The notes beneath the pieces are model-generated. The model ran no database searches and was not told where the DNA came from. It saw only the letters and a list, made by a program, of their open reading frames with translations. A stretch of DNA of 63,187 nucleotides, the filler included, from Collodictyon triciliatum (taxonomy: Eukaryota): assembly GCA_043381765.1 (NCBI GenBank). It is 6 parts of 6 records of this genome, joined end to end, with 100 filler letters (N's around TTAATTAATTAA, not from the genome) between each part and the next. Parts side by side here need not be neighbours in the genome. Positions count along the whole stretch, not along the records: positions 1 to 10,625 come from JBHJMP010002617.1; positions 10,726 to 21,346 come from JBHJMP010002618.1; 4 more parts are not named here. The stretch is one strand, 5' to 3'. This document shows positions 1-16,739 of this stretch, one piece after another (position 1 is the stretch's first letter; the number at the start of each line of letters is the position of its first letter). A program made the position numbers and the translations under genes.

Positions 1-397
1 AAAAAAAAAAATAAAAAATAAAAAAAAAAAAATAAAAAATAAAAAATAAAAAATAAAAAATAAAAAATAAAAAATAAAAAATAAAAAATAAAATATAAAA
101 ATAACAATAACAATAACAATAACAATAAATCATAGTCGAACAACTTTTTCCTGTTTCACTTGATTAACAAGAAACAACCCAGATTTACAAGTATGGTCAG
201 AATTTGTTGTGTAATTTTCTTCATAATTTTCCATCATTCGATTCAATGCACTTTATTTTATCTTAATTATTATTACAACATTATCACCATCATAACCATT
301 TCTCACGTTTTTGCCGTGACCGATTAATTGGGGAGAAATCTTAAAACTTTTAATTACACTACACTTATTTGAACGGAAATTCAGTGTCATCTGGAGT

Positions 398-3170
398 TCA
401 ATCCGACCCTGAACCCACTCCTCCAAAGGAATCGAAGCCTGACCCCCCACCAGCACCCCCAGAACCTAAAGCAATTTTAATGAGTACTCTGATACGATCA
501 AAAATCTTCCTATTTTTCTCCCTATCTGAATAGTAGCATTCCGCACATATCACATATTTCAAACTGTGGAAAATCGGGATATGATTAAACATTCCTAAAT
601 ACCTTACAACTAGATACTGAATTTAAGTGGATCGCAATTTCATATGATCAACAATATACATACTGACACATACACACTCACGTATGTCTGACTGATTAGA
701 TTGGAAAGGTGTTATTGACTTAAACGAGATCGGCGTCCGCGAGTGGGGCAATATCGAACACAAGAGCGCGCATCCTTTTGTGGGCAGAGAGGCCGAATGC
801 TCCGCTGTGATTTCAAACTGGCTCTTTAACTGGAAAAATACAAGGCAGTAAGTATATTTTTTCCCTTCATTCGAAAGGCAGTAAGTATATAATAGTATGG
901 AGTACGACAATATTATTTTCTCTTTTTTCTCCTTTCATTTTGTCTACATCCAAGAACTGATTTATGAAGTTAATTGAAATAAATATCAATAGATATATCA
1001 GAAAATGCTAATGTTCTAATAATTTTAATAATCTTTTGAATTTTAATGAATAAAGCAAATGATAAAATATGTAGCAAAAAACATAATTTACACGATTTGT
1101 AGTTAAAGTGTAAAATATCTTACATAATTTGTTTCTACATGTCAGAATAAATTATATTTTTAATAGTTTCACTATATAACGTTCTTAGACCGATGATTGT
1201 TCCTTTAGTGCCTTGTATAATTTCTGGGAAAGGAATAGGAAAATCCAAAGTACAATATATACATTATATTTTATCATGTAAGGCATTCACCGGAAATTAA
1301 TTCCGTATTACTTGTCCAGTTTGGAACTGAAGTTGCACGCAGTCCCTGGTTAAGCCCTGGGTTCATGGAATTTTTTTTGAAAGATTGCCACCCAGATCAA
1401 AGGTGAAATCCAAGTATAGCCGTCTTGCCCTTGTAGACCTGTAGAAGACAAATACATTCAAAATTTCGCTTTTTTTTTTTTTAACAATCGATATGAATAT
1501 TAGGGAAAGAAGCCTGTTTATCCACACACTGCAACAGTCTTATAACTCTGCGATGGCATTAGGAATCGACTTTCGTCGCCTTCCAGAGCCCCTGAGGTAG
1601 TATACTGGATAGAATAACCCAATGCCCGTACTTTTCTTATCACATAAAATATTAAAGCTAAATCACACCAAACAACCCCTTTTTTTTTCAGCCAAATTAT
1701 CAAAGAAGACGAGGCTGAAAGATCGATTGCACTCTTGGTTTTATTTTTCGGGCTTGTAAAATACAGTGGCTATTCGGTTTCTCTAGGCGTAAATTAAAAT
1801 TAAAATTAAAATGAAAATAAAATAAAAAAATAAAAATAAAAATAAAAATAAAAATAAAAATAAAAATAAAAATAAAAATAAAAATAAAAATAAAAATAAA
1901 AATAAAAATAAAAATAAAAATAAAACAGCATGTAATAACGAGAACGATGAAAACAATAATGAAATACCATAAAAATCCCAATACCAAAACTTGATTTTGA
2001 TCAAGCAACCATGACTTCTTCATAGGGAGTGCATTATGATGTTCCTCAAAGTCTATTTTGTCATGATTCACTAGTGGGGTTCATGAAACTTTGCGATGCT
2101 AGCTATAAATCGATATCTTTGAACCCCAGTATCATGTTTGCTTTCAATACTGCACTCGGAATAATACCAGGCGACAAATGTCCACCAATTTCAGGTTTGA
2201 AATTTCTACACCTCGCGTATTATTTTCTCCGTAAAAAAAAAAAAAAAAGCACATTCAACAGACAAGAATGACCCCTCGTTAAAAGAAATATGAATCTTAT
2301 ACAATAAATACTTTAAGATAATATCTTTTTCTCAAATGGATAATTGAACTATATAGTGTCCAGCTGCCTTCACTTCCTCAACCAAATAGCCATGTTCAAC
2401 CCTTTCGATCGTTTGTACGGGCTGTCTACAATAGGGTATTGCATATTTCTATGGAAGCGTATTTCTACGAATTGTTTAGAATGGAAATAAACAACTTTTA
2501 CCAAAATTTTCTCGATAGTGTGGTTACTGAGGCTATGAAACCTTTGATACAATTCCGAACTATTATTTTCCTGGACAATGTAGAAATTCTTAGCACTGTT
2601 GTGCTAAAAGCGATGATAAAGTGAGATACTTACATATTTAGTTTATGTAATATTTATACTCCGGGGTGATTTGATTTCTGTACTTATAAAGTATGCCTAT
2701 TCCATCATACTACCATAAATAAACAATACAGGTCAATAGTGCTAGCATTTAATTCTGGCTTGTGTTTCCCTTTAATATCCACATCAAATATTTCAATACT
2801 GCGACAAGTATAATTTAAATATTATGACTATTCGCAAAATATATACTTTTTGGGTTTAAAATTCAAATATCGATGCAGTATTTTGAATATTTGTTTTCCT
2901 AAAAAAAAAAATATTAAAAAATTAGACAATTGACGGCACACAAGCTCTTTTGGAACCGCTTATACTAAATCCACTGCAAAGTCAGGAAACATTCATTGCC
3001 TTGCTGAATCAGTTCGCTGCAATTCAAGTTATTTCTCACTTTATGGAAAAGATTTCTTATGACAACATGGTTTACATCGCTGTTTTCTTTCAAAATATTG
3101 CCTTTCCTTTTCTCTTGTTGTCCTTTCCTTATTTACTTAAAATTTTAGCATCCGACGAGTGATCCACCTG
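398..3170 (-). pseudogene. Probable decayed multi-exon gene; weak TPR-like start (ELIQQGNECFL) and Gly-rich last exon (GSGGAGGGSGFDSFGGVGSGSD*)
   Basis: Exon-like blocks, several with recognisable AG or GT flanks, at about 2950-3167, 1985-2210, 1670-1782, 1530-1591, 1291-1438 and 398-465. Several blocks have stops in every frame, and I could not build a consistent spliced ORF. Confidence 0.3.
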
Positions 3171-3862
3171 AAAGTATACGAGCTAGGTTTACCATTTTTA
3201 ATATAGAACATTTTCTATTATGTACATATAGTCTCTGGATACTCTTGCAATATTTATCACGAAGAGCAACTATCACCAAAACTGCACTCAACTATGATTG
3301 ATTAGTATGATAGTTATTAGACAATTTAACTAATACATGACTTCGATCAACCAGATTAGGGAGAGGTGAAGATGTAGTAACGGAAGGTGATGTGACATTC
3401 TGCTCAAACCCCTTCTGGGTACAAATTCTAGATTGTTTTCGTAGGTGTTCAGGTACGCACACTCACGGACTAGTGATTCGAAATATACATACAGTCATTT
3501 AAAAAAATCATGATATCACAGCCACGCCAATACGGTACAAAAATGTCTTTATTAATGATAAAATTTAAATCTAGGCAGCCCAAGGTTGTTTATAGCTCTG
3601 GCAGAATATCTTAGGAACGAAAAATATAAAGTAATACCGTTGTCATTAGTAGTTTTTACATCTGTAATAATACAAATTTTAATAAAATTTATTACGTCAT
3701 AAAACATACGAATCAATAAACGAATATATAATAGAAAATAACATACAAACAAATAAGCGAATAGAGATCTTATGATGTAACGTGCGAATTATGTTACCGA
3801 GGTTTCCTTCAAATAATAATAAAGTATAAACTGTATAAAATAAGGGTTATCAATCATCTAGC

Positions 3863-7308
<3,446 letters not shown>

Positions 7309-7787
7309 TCCTTTATGCTAAGCCTGAAATAATCTTTAAGTAAGGGAATGGTTCTGATAAGACCTTTAATGATAATTATAATAACAATAATAATAACAAT
7401 AATAATAACAATAATAATAACAATAATAATAACAATAATAATAACAATAATAATAACAATAATAATAACAATAATAATAATAATTGATTAGGACCACCTT
7501 TCAGGTGGACAGCATGAACACCTATCAACACCACCCACTAAGGATAATCCAGATAGTTCTTTTTCTGCATTCGATACATTTGTAGTTATGAAATACAACA
7601 TCGGGATTCGGATGGCATTTATGAAATAATAAACTCCTTTATTTTAATGCTGTATTTATATACTCCTGATAATATCTATCTGCAACTACTTTCGAAATGA
7701 AAATAGAATGGTTTCTTCTCATATGTTTCAAAAATGACTTTTTTTAAAAAAAAATTTTTTTTTTCTCAATCACACGTTTGGTGCACC

Positions 7788-9400
7788 ATGGCATCATAAC
7801 CATGCCTTCCTTGTGTCATCTTTTTTATGGTGGACAGCCCCTGCTCTCAGTCTTAGAGTCACTTTCACAAGAAAAGAAAACGCAACTGCTTTCATGAAAG
7901 AGGGGTCTTTCCAGCTCCTCAATCACCAATACACTCCCATGCCAGCAAAAACCGTCACAAAGGTTGCGCACCTGTCTAACATACCGCTGGGGGTAAACTG
8001 GACTGATATTTTTAAGGCCTGCAGTGAATACTTCACCCCAATCCAAATCAACTGGAAAAAGCCTGAAGCAATATGCATGAATGATGCACTCTTTACTTTT
8101 GACGAAGAACAGGAATAAATGGGAAAATACCTACCTATGTCGTCATTCATGATAGAAGTTGTCCGGTGGAGATGCGCACCCTCAAAGAGACTGGCATCCC
8201 ATCAACTCTCCCCAACAAAGAAGGGTATGACACACAAGGTCAAACCACCAAAAAAACAACGACCACCAAACAAGCGGCCACCAACAAAAAAATATCATCA
8301 CATACACCTTGGGCTTCATCACAAAAGTAGCCAACTACAGCGCTGAAGAATGGCCAAGTATTGTGAATCGTCTGTGCAAAACAAGCCCAGAGCCCAACAA
8401 CAAGGCCTAAAGCAACACGCGTCGTCCTCTAATGCCAGAGGGAGAAATCGTGACAAAACACCCGTGGATGAAGTACTCGAAGTCTCAATCAAGACAAAGG
8501 TTCAGGAACGGCCCCAATATCAAGAAATGGATTCCGAATATATGGACGAATCACCATTCGTATTGTGTGAACGTGCTTCATCAAGTTCGCCAATGAACAC
8601 GGAGGAAGCAATAGAAATAGTGGAATGGCTTCAAGGAAGTGGAGGAAACATCGCTAGTCTTTAAGATTACCAACCAACTTTTCCAAGCCGATGATATCTC
8701 ACTAAACGCTCCTCTGAATTATGAAGAGGATTTGAGGAAAGGGAAGCCCGAGCCAACTCGGCAACAAAATCGGGAAACAGCATAATTGCACCCAGCAAAC
8801 CACACCCGCCTGCCTCCTTAGAGGTCATGGCTCCTGGAACCACCCAAGAGACTCCCTCTCCAGCAATCACTGTGCAATCCACAACAAGTGACATTCCAGA
8901 CTCGAGATTGTAAGAACAACAGTCTATCCAACCTTTCGTCATTATAGAAGGTTCTGCTGAAAAAGGAGCAATCAACTCCAAGCCTTGGGAACGATAAATG
9001 ACTACTCAAGTACTGTATATGAGAACAATTCTGACCATTGAAATAATCACGACTCCCAAGCCAGGAAGAAACTTTCCCTCCACAAAGAAAAATATGTGTA
9101 TCTGGAGCTAAAACACCGGTTACTCGATCAATCATCGCAACCGCACCACAAGAGAATGAAACAGATAGAACCTCGCCTGATGAAAAGAGACTGCGTCATG
9201 CGAGCCAGAAAGCAAATCAGCCACATGGTTCGCCCTGGCCATCACACAACATACAAACATGAAAATCTAACCGCGTGAAAAGGCAAGCAGGCGCCCGAGA
9301 GAAACGTGCTGCCAGTCGACAGAGAATGTTCGTGAATACTGCGTATATTAGGAAGATCAAGAACAAAAAAAGAGTGGAAACACAGATGGAAAGAAAAATG
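7788..9400 (+). mobile_element. Decayed non-LTR retrotransposon ORF1-like (RRM-type) remnant; no ORF2/RT visible
   Basis: Intronless, A/C-rich block translating to LRVTFTRKENATAFMKEGSF...KVAHLSNIPLGVNWTDIFKACSEY. After a stop and frameshift it continues KIPTYVVIHDRSCPV, then a low-complexity S/T/K/P tail with many stops. This resembles L1/Tx1-type ORF1. Confidence 0.45.
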
Positions 9401-9662
9401 ATGTGGGGAGAAGTAGAGTGTACCTGACAGAATCTATTTTTAACAGTACATAGCCTGCCACAATTTTTGAGATATGAGCGATTACGCTGTGTTCATTAGT
9501 CGGCTGTCATATACTCATCCCAAACGAGAACTTGAGTTGCATAAACCATCAAATACTGTAATATATATAGAAAAGAATCTACTTTATTATTTCTGTATTT
9601 CGACGGAGCGATGCGCACTTATTCCTTGCTGCTGTGATGCCTTTTACGAACAGAGCCGCATA

Positions 9663-10494
9663 TCAAACGGAGCTCTGTAATGTGGATTCGTGCGTCTGAG
9701 CTTGTCTATTTGTGATAAGTTTTGTAAACATCACCACACTCAACAGAACAGAGACACACCCCACAAAGAGGGCAAAGATTGCTAAATCGGACGTCATATG
9801 CGCAACTGCTGGGTTGGGAATGGTAAGATGCGGTTCTTCACTTGATGGCTCATCTGACCCCATGTTTTCATGGAAGTAAACTCCTCCGTTTGAGTCTTCA
9901 ATGCGAGTGATGGGGTACGGAAAGTTGCCATTATTTGTGTTGACTATCTCTGTCAGGACTGTGTGCAGATTTTGTGTCGTCAGCGCGGTGGTCGTGTTTG
10001 AGACGCTAAAGTCAAAGGCCACTAGTCTTTCTGCAATCGACTGAACGAGGAGGACTTGGATACATGATGTATGTACATTAAGCATCGAACTAAGAAGACT
10101 GACAATTTCATCAGACGACTTGTTTTTGGCAAAGTTTGTATAATCTATTTGAAAGACGATTCTTGTGAAAGACGACGGCGTAATATCTATTAGATGAAAT
10201 CAGATTAAATAGTGAAGACAACAAGAAAACAGTTTTTTCGATTTTAAAAATAAATGTATAAATAGGCTTATTCATCGTGCAAATTATTTGTTGACCGAAG
10301 AAAATCCAGAGTAAGTCGTGGTATAAAGTAGGAGTAACTCCAGCCAATTTTACTCCAAATAATAGATACAACAATATATATGTTCATGAGAGATTTACTT
10401 GAGTTTGCTTTCGGCGAAAGTGAACGTGTCCGTGGTTTGGGAGATGATGTTGTTGTGGTTTGTCCAGCAAGTGCAATTTCAGATGCACCGATGG
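9663..10494 (-). CDS. 3' part of a single-pass membrane protein (S/T-rich stalk, SEA-like region, C-terminal TM); 5' end lost at contig edge
   Basis: Last exon about 9663-10186 reads DITPSSFTRIVFQID...LAIFALFVGCVSVLLSVVMF...SSV*. An upstream exon at about 10399-10494 reads AIGASEIALAGQTTTTSSPKP. Confidence 0.6.
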
Positions 10495-10625
10495 CTTTTT
10501 TTTTTTTTTTTTTTTTATCAAATTTAGAGCTCAGAAATTTTTTCCTTTATCGATTCGATGTAAATTTAGAACCCAAAGATATACTAATAGAGCTCTGGTG
10601 AAAAATGATTACGATAACATTTAGA

Positions 10626-10725
10626 NNNNNNNNNNNNNNNNNNNNNNNNNNNNNNNNNNNNNNNNNNNNTTAATTAATTAANNNNNNNNNNNNNNNNNNN
10701 NNNNNNNNNNNNNNNNNNNNNNNNN
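10626..10725. other. Artificial contig-joining spacer N44-TTAATTAATTAA-N44
   Basis: Stop-in-all-frames linker; identical copies occur four more times. Confidence 0.97.
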
Positions 10726-10867
10726 AAAAAAAAGATAAAAAAAAGATAAAAAAAAGATAAAAAAAAGATAAAAAAAAGATAAAAAAAAGATAAAAAAAAG
10801 ATAAAAAAAGATAAAAAAAAGATAAAAAAGATAAAAAAAGATAAAAAATAGAAAATGAAAAGAAAAC

Positions 10868-13800
10868 TTTTTCATATCATCATAGGCGATGCCGATGTTA
10901 TTGTATGACATCGCAACATCTGGGTGTATTTCTCCATATACAGCCCTAGTTATTTCAAGGTCTTTCTGATAATATCGTAGTGCCTCTTTGTGCCTATTTA
11001 AACATTTCATTTTAAAATATCAGTACGGATTACTATTTTACTGGAAGAAAAAAAAAGGGTGTAAAGTACTTTCCGAGGTCGCCATAAGCCAATCCAATAT
11101 TGTTGTAGGAAGAGCCCACATCGGGATGCTTCTCACCATATATCTTCAATCGAATTTTCAGAGACTTTTGGTGGTACTCGAGTGATTTCTGATGCCTGTA
11201 AAGTAGTTCATATACTCAAAACCCAAACATAAAATATCACCTGTCACTCAGAAGACCATATTAAGGAGCAATACATACTTTTCTAAATTCTTGAAGACAG
11301 CACCAATATTGCAATATAATGACGCAATTTCAGGATGAACTTCCCCAAACAGCTTCAAATTAATTCCAAGAGACTTTTGATAATATTCTATCGATTTTTC
11401 ATATCTAATATGCATGCGCATATCCCGTAGGATAACTCAATATTACAATTTATAACATTATTGCAATTAATGACAGACAAACATACCTCCCCAGGTCGTC
11501 ATAAACATTTCCTATATTGTTATATGACTTTGCAACTTCTGGGTGCATCTCCCCAAAAGCTTTAATTGTCATCTCCAGGTCTTTGTTGTAGTATTCTAGT
11601 GCCGTTTCATATCTAAAATTTTGTTAATATATATTCGACGGTATGAATATACATATGCAGAATTTACTTTCCGAGAATCTGGTAAACGTTTCCGATATTG
11701 TTGAACGATTTTGCTACGTTGGGATGACTATGCCCAAACAGCTTGGTGATAGCCTCGAGATCTTTGATATAGTACTCCAGAGCCTTCTCATGCCTGAAAG
11801 TTGGGTAATTTATATATTCTTAAACATAAAAAAAAATTACTCAGAAAATACTTACTTTCCAATATTCAAATATACGCTTCCCAGCAGATACATATTTTTG
11901 CTGTTGGATCCTAAAAATCAAAGAGGAAAGTCAGGAAATTGCTAGGAGAAAAAAGAAAAAGAGAAACCAAAGATCCAAACCTTCATCAGTCTCTACGGAA
12001 ATTCGATGTTCGAGTATAGGTATTAAAAAAGCATTTTCTTGCATGTCTTCAAAGTAACTGACAAGAGAATATCCGACAGAATTTAGCTCCTTTGGTAAAA
12101 TGTGCTGAAATTAGTAATAATTGTTGGGTTCAAAATCAACGTACATATTACCTTCGCCATTTCTCCGTATACAATCTTGTGATCAAATCCATTGTCATTC
12201 AAGTCTCTCCAGCATTCAAAAAATTCGAAGCGATAATCATCCTCCAAAAGACTTTCGATAACCTAAATCCATCTTGTAAGGGTATATTTCTATGCAGATA
12301 TAAAAATTTTTTTGTGATCGACCTCTTCTCTTTTCATAAAATCAACAAGTGCATCATATTCCCTGGAAATCCTCAAATTATGACTGATTTCAGCAATCAT
12401 GCTCTCTTCCTCAGCATCAGAGCCATATTCATTTAGTAGCCACATCCCATATTCACGTGCTTCAGTTTGTATATAGACTTCGTCATTAAAGTATCGCTCC
12501 TTGATTGATTGTGATAGCAGCTGATGGGAAAATGCGTATCTATACAATCAAATATTAAGCTCCTTTCTATGTTTCCTTCTTGCATAATACTCGAATCCAC
12601 TGAGTACCTTCCATTTCTCACAAAGAGCGACTCCAGCAAAACAAAAAGGAATGATTTCCTAAAAGATTCATTAATACATATTAGATTGCAAACAGTATGA
12701 TGCAGAATTCAGTTACCATGTTGCATGATTCAACGTCTGATTGAGTTGGCTGAGTCGATGCTCAACGTATTTATCAAGCTCATTCTCATCAAGTCCAATA
12801 CGAGAGATGTATAGAACAGTAATCGATATTCTCACTATTGTTTCGCCTGGATTGCACTGGATTATTTATATGAATCAACATGATTGAATGATAGATTCAT
12901 TAATGCACCAACCATATTTCCTTTCCCAACGGCTCATGACGAGGTTATACAAACTGACAACTCCATTCGTCATCAACATTTCATGTAGCTCTGCGTCGAT
13001 TCTCTCGTAAACTCCAAAAACACGAAGTTCATCAACCACAATGCGCAAGTAGAGTGGATGGCCTATAATGGTGTTTCAATTTTATCTCTGTGTGATAATT
13101 ATTTAAATACAAAAAAAGAAAAAAAAGAATAATCTAAATCAGCTAACCAAATTACCTGTATCCTCACGGTCACCGAGAATCATTTCCATTTGACTCTCGT
13201 TCAACGTTTTGTTGTAGCGCTTGAAAAAAGACGCGGCAGCCTGTTTAATTCCGATATCATCAAGCCGGGAGACTGGAATAACTTCGAGCCCCAGTGACTT
13301 AGCAACCTATTAGATATCACCAACATCTTTTTACTATCCTGAACAGAAAAATTAAATTAAAACTATGATAATATACATCACAAGACTCATGCGTGTCGAT
13401 GGTTGATGCAACTATGGATATATTCTTTGGTGTCTTCTTAGGAAGCCATTCGAGGCGATGAACGTGCTTGTATTCTTGCGAATCAACCAACTGATTACAG
13501 GCATCGATGACTAATACGACTCTCTTTTCCCTTTAAAGGAATAAAAACTGTTTAATATGATATTACCTTTTCTAACTATATTTAAGCATCTAAATTATAG
13601 TGCACTGTTTCATTTTGAAGAAATAATTGACAAGGCGACTTATTTTCAGATGCACGTCTTAGTATATGTTCAAGTCCTTCCTCCAAAGCTTTTTTCCCTT
13701 TATAATGTCGTAAAGAATTAAGATTGCACCGACACGTTTATGGAATTAAAATTGAATAAAACCACACACAAAACTGCAGACAATATATATCATGTATAAA

Positions 13801-15575
13801 CCTTCTTCGGAATCGAGATTAAGTTCAATTACTGCATTTTCAATCAGAATACGAGCCACACGTTCCACCATACTGCGATAAAAATGTTACAAATATTGGC
13901 TAATGCATTTCTTCAAACCATTTTTATCAAGATGCATGTATCTTACTCTTCTACATAATTACTCAAGTTCGAGCAACCAACAAAGTGATAGATGACGACT
14001 AGATTTGGCTTTTTGTCGACACCCAGGTCACGAACAAGTCCGCTCATGATTGTTGATTTTCCGACACCAGACTCGGCTCCGACAACGATGATATCGGATC
14101 CATCAATATCAAGCTGGGTTACAACCTTTTCATTCAAGTTTTTCAGAATGGTATCCCTTCCTTCTAGCCCTATGAGCCGATGTTTCATAAATTGCTCGTG
14201 TGCTGCATCTTCAGGGTTTTTATGCTGTGCGGTTTGATTTATTAGCACAGTTTTTACATAATTTCATGGGGTTTACTTGATTAATGCAATATGAAAAAAG
14301 TTCAACTTTTTAATATTAACCTCCGGGTCTGGAAAATCTTTTTCAATTGCCTCTATCAAGTCATCCACCATCATTGCGATAAGTTCCTTTGGTGTCTTGT
14401 ACGGTTTGATACCGAAGACATTCCCAATCTTTTCTTTCAAGCCATCTTGATTCTCTTTCTGAATTCACACCACGAACATAGGGCACATGTATCAAGTATT
14501 CAATATTTACTATTATTTTCAATTAAAAACAAAGTATATTGATTTTACGGCCTGTTGGCTCTCAAGTGGCGATCATAAAAATAGGGGCTGGCAAACTATG
14601 ACCACAAATACCAAACTGTATCGAATAGCATCATGGAACAACATAAAATAAAATAACTATCTATCTATCAAACTTTTACAAACATCTTTCTCATTGACTG
14701 GACAATATAAATCTCTTTCAGTATCTGTTTCGGCAACATAGTTGATTGCGTATGTCTCATCGCGTGAATAAAAGAATGCGCGGCGAGCGACAGGCTTTTC
14801 TCTCAGAGCTCCATGTACAATCTATATTTGCAAAGAAATAAAAAAAAATTATAACATAATGAGCCGAATGGAAAGTAGTCTGGTAAGGAGAATTAAAACC
14901 TCATAATCAGTTACACTAAGCCCTCTAATCTCCTTAAGATACGGAAACTTCAAATCTGTGTTTGCATGCCACTCAGTAGGATTTTCGTGGTTCGGAGACC
15001 AGCCGTAGCGCGATCCGAGTGTACAAAGAAAATAAGGACACTCTTCTATGGCTTCAAGACAGTTGATAACGACCTATGAAGAAAAAAAATAAAACACCAA
15101 AAATGAAAGAAGGTAAAAAGTATATAAATAATTATCTAGCCTGTTCGTACCAGTCCGTTTTTGGATATTTCACTAGTCAATCCCCAACGCAGGTCTATGA
15201 AAACAAGAATAATACCCTTCTTCTTTGCAAAGTCTTTGAGTCTTATGTTACATATGTATGTTTGTGTTAGTATCTTAATTATGTTCGAGAACAAAACGGA
15301 AAAATGATCATTTCTCACTTTTTTTCGGCATTTGCAAAGAACTCATCTCTTTCTCTCTGCATGTCCCTGAAAGTGGAGGACATAAAAATTCTCAAGACCC
15401 TTGCATCGCAAACAATAGCCCATTTGTCTTCCCCATCAGAGTACACAGAACCAGGTATCAAGAATCCGTGGGCTTTAGTTGGCGTTTCAAAATGCTCATC
15501 TAGTTTCATGGGGTTGAGAACTTGTCCTTCGTATTCGAACTCTCTAGCTTCAGAGCGACTCCAGGGACATCCCAT
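10868..15575 (-). CDS. DUF4062 (TIR-like)-NACHT-TPR STAND NTPase, NPHP3/TTC41/TEP1-like architecture; 3' end lost at contig edge
   Basis: Start MGCPWS at 15575. DUF4062 motifs RIFMSSTFRDMQRERD, FIDLRWG and CPYFLCTLGSRYGW. Walker A GAESGVGKST (14051-14080) and Walker B VVLVIDACNQL. GHPLYLRIVVDELRVFG motif. Five 42-aa TPR exons at 11668-11793, 11487-11612, 11279-11404, 11070-11195 and 10868-10993. Confidence 0.92.
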
Positions 15576-15614
15576 TTTGCTCTACAATAGGAAGTTCGGC
15601 GTATATTTTAATTA

Positions 15615-15723
<109 letters not shown>

Positions 15724-16739
15724 TTATTGTGTAAAAAAATGTGTATTTCACGTCCAAATCTGAAATGAATTATATCATGGACAGTTAATTATCTAATAAC
15801 ATCATAATGCTCAAAGTTATCGATTTATATTGCCATCAATATAAATAGCGAGTCAAATGAGCTAAAATAGGGAAATGAAAGGAGTAAGATAATATCATAC
15901 AATATGTGTATAGAAAATTCCATTCAACTCACATAAAAAGAAAATTAAATTAAATTAATAAGCGAGGAACTCTATATGTTAATGTTCACGATGGGAATAT
16001 ATAATCACCGAGTGAACAATACTCAAACAAGTAATCACATTACTATTGCTATTTATTAAGTCAGATATTTGGCAGTATAATTGTCCTGAATTCATTAATC
16101 GATTCAATTTTTGAAAGTACAACTACAATAGAATGTGTCTCAAAAATTCAAATGAATTATTTTTATTTTTCAAAAGCCGAATCATCAATTCTTTTGGATG
16201 ACATACATTTCACCCCTTCTTAACCAATAGTTGTAATACAGAAAACATATGATAACACTTTCTGAATTAAATAGTGGATTTTTTTTCCTACTGTCTAGTT
16301 CCGACCACTTTAAAATAAAATATCTATGTGCAGCGATAATATTAGACTGCTACGATAAAAATGTTTCATTTATGCACATGTTGCTCTAATCTAATCAAAT
16401 AAACTAACCCATAATAAGCGAGCTTATATAACAAAAGATTCAACTGCGGTGGCACACTCTACTTTGAGCATATTTGAAAACCTGTCATCATATAAGCTGG
16501 ACGAACGAGGATAATTAGAATGCTATACCAGAATTTAAATCAGAGGAGGATATTGTTTCATAAACGAAATAAAATCATAATACATTTTGGAAATAAAAGC
16601 AAGACAGAAGGAAATAGTCTCTTCGTTCATGGAGAAGAACAGTACCATTTCGTGACCGAAATTTACGAAACGTGGAATTATGCCTATATCAGACATTATA
16701 TCGAACAAATGGGTAGATTTATTCACAAAACGAAACAAC

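Noticed and set aside
1291-1438. In-frame TGA (1397-1399) as selenocysteine or evidence of a variant genetic code
   Set aside because: Neighbouring exon-like blocks also contain in-frame TAA/TAG, and no SECIS was identified. Intact genes use TGG for Trp and end in TAA, TGA or TAG, so decay is the simpler explanation.
9663-10868. NACHT-TPR gene continuing into the TM-containing exons at 9663-10494 as a membrane-anchored NLR
   Set aside because: The model crosses the spacer at 10626-10725.
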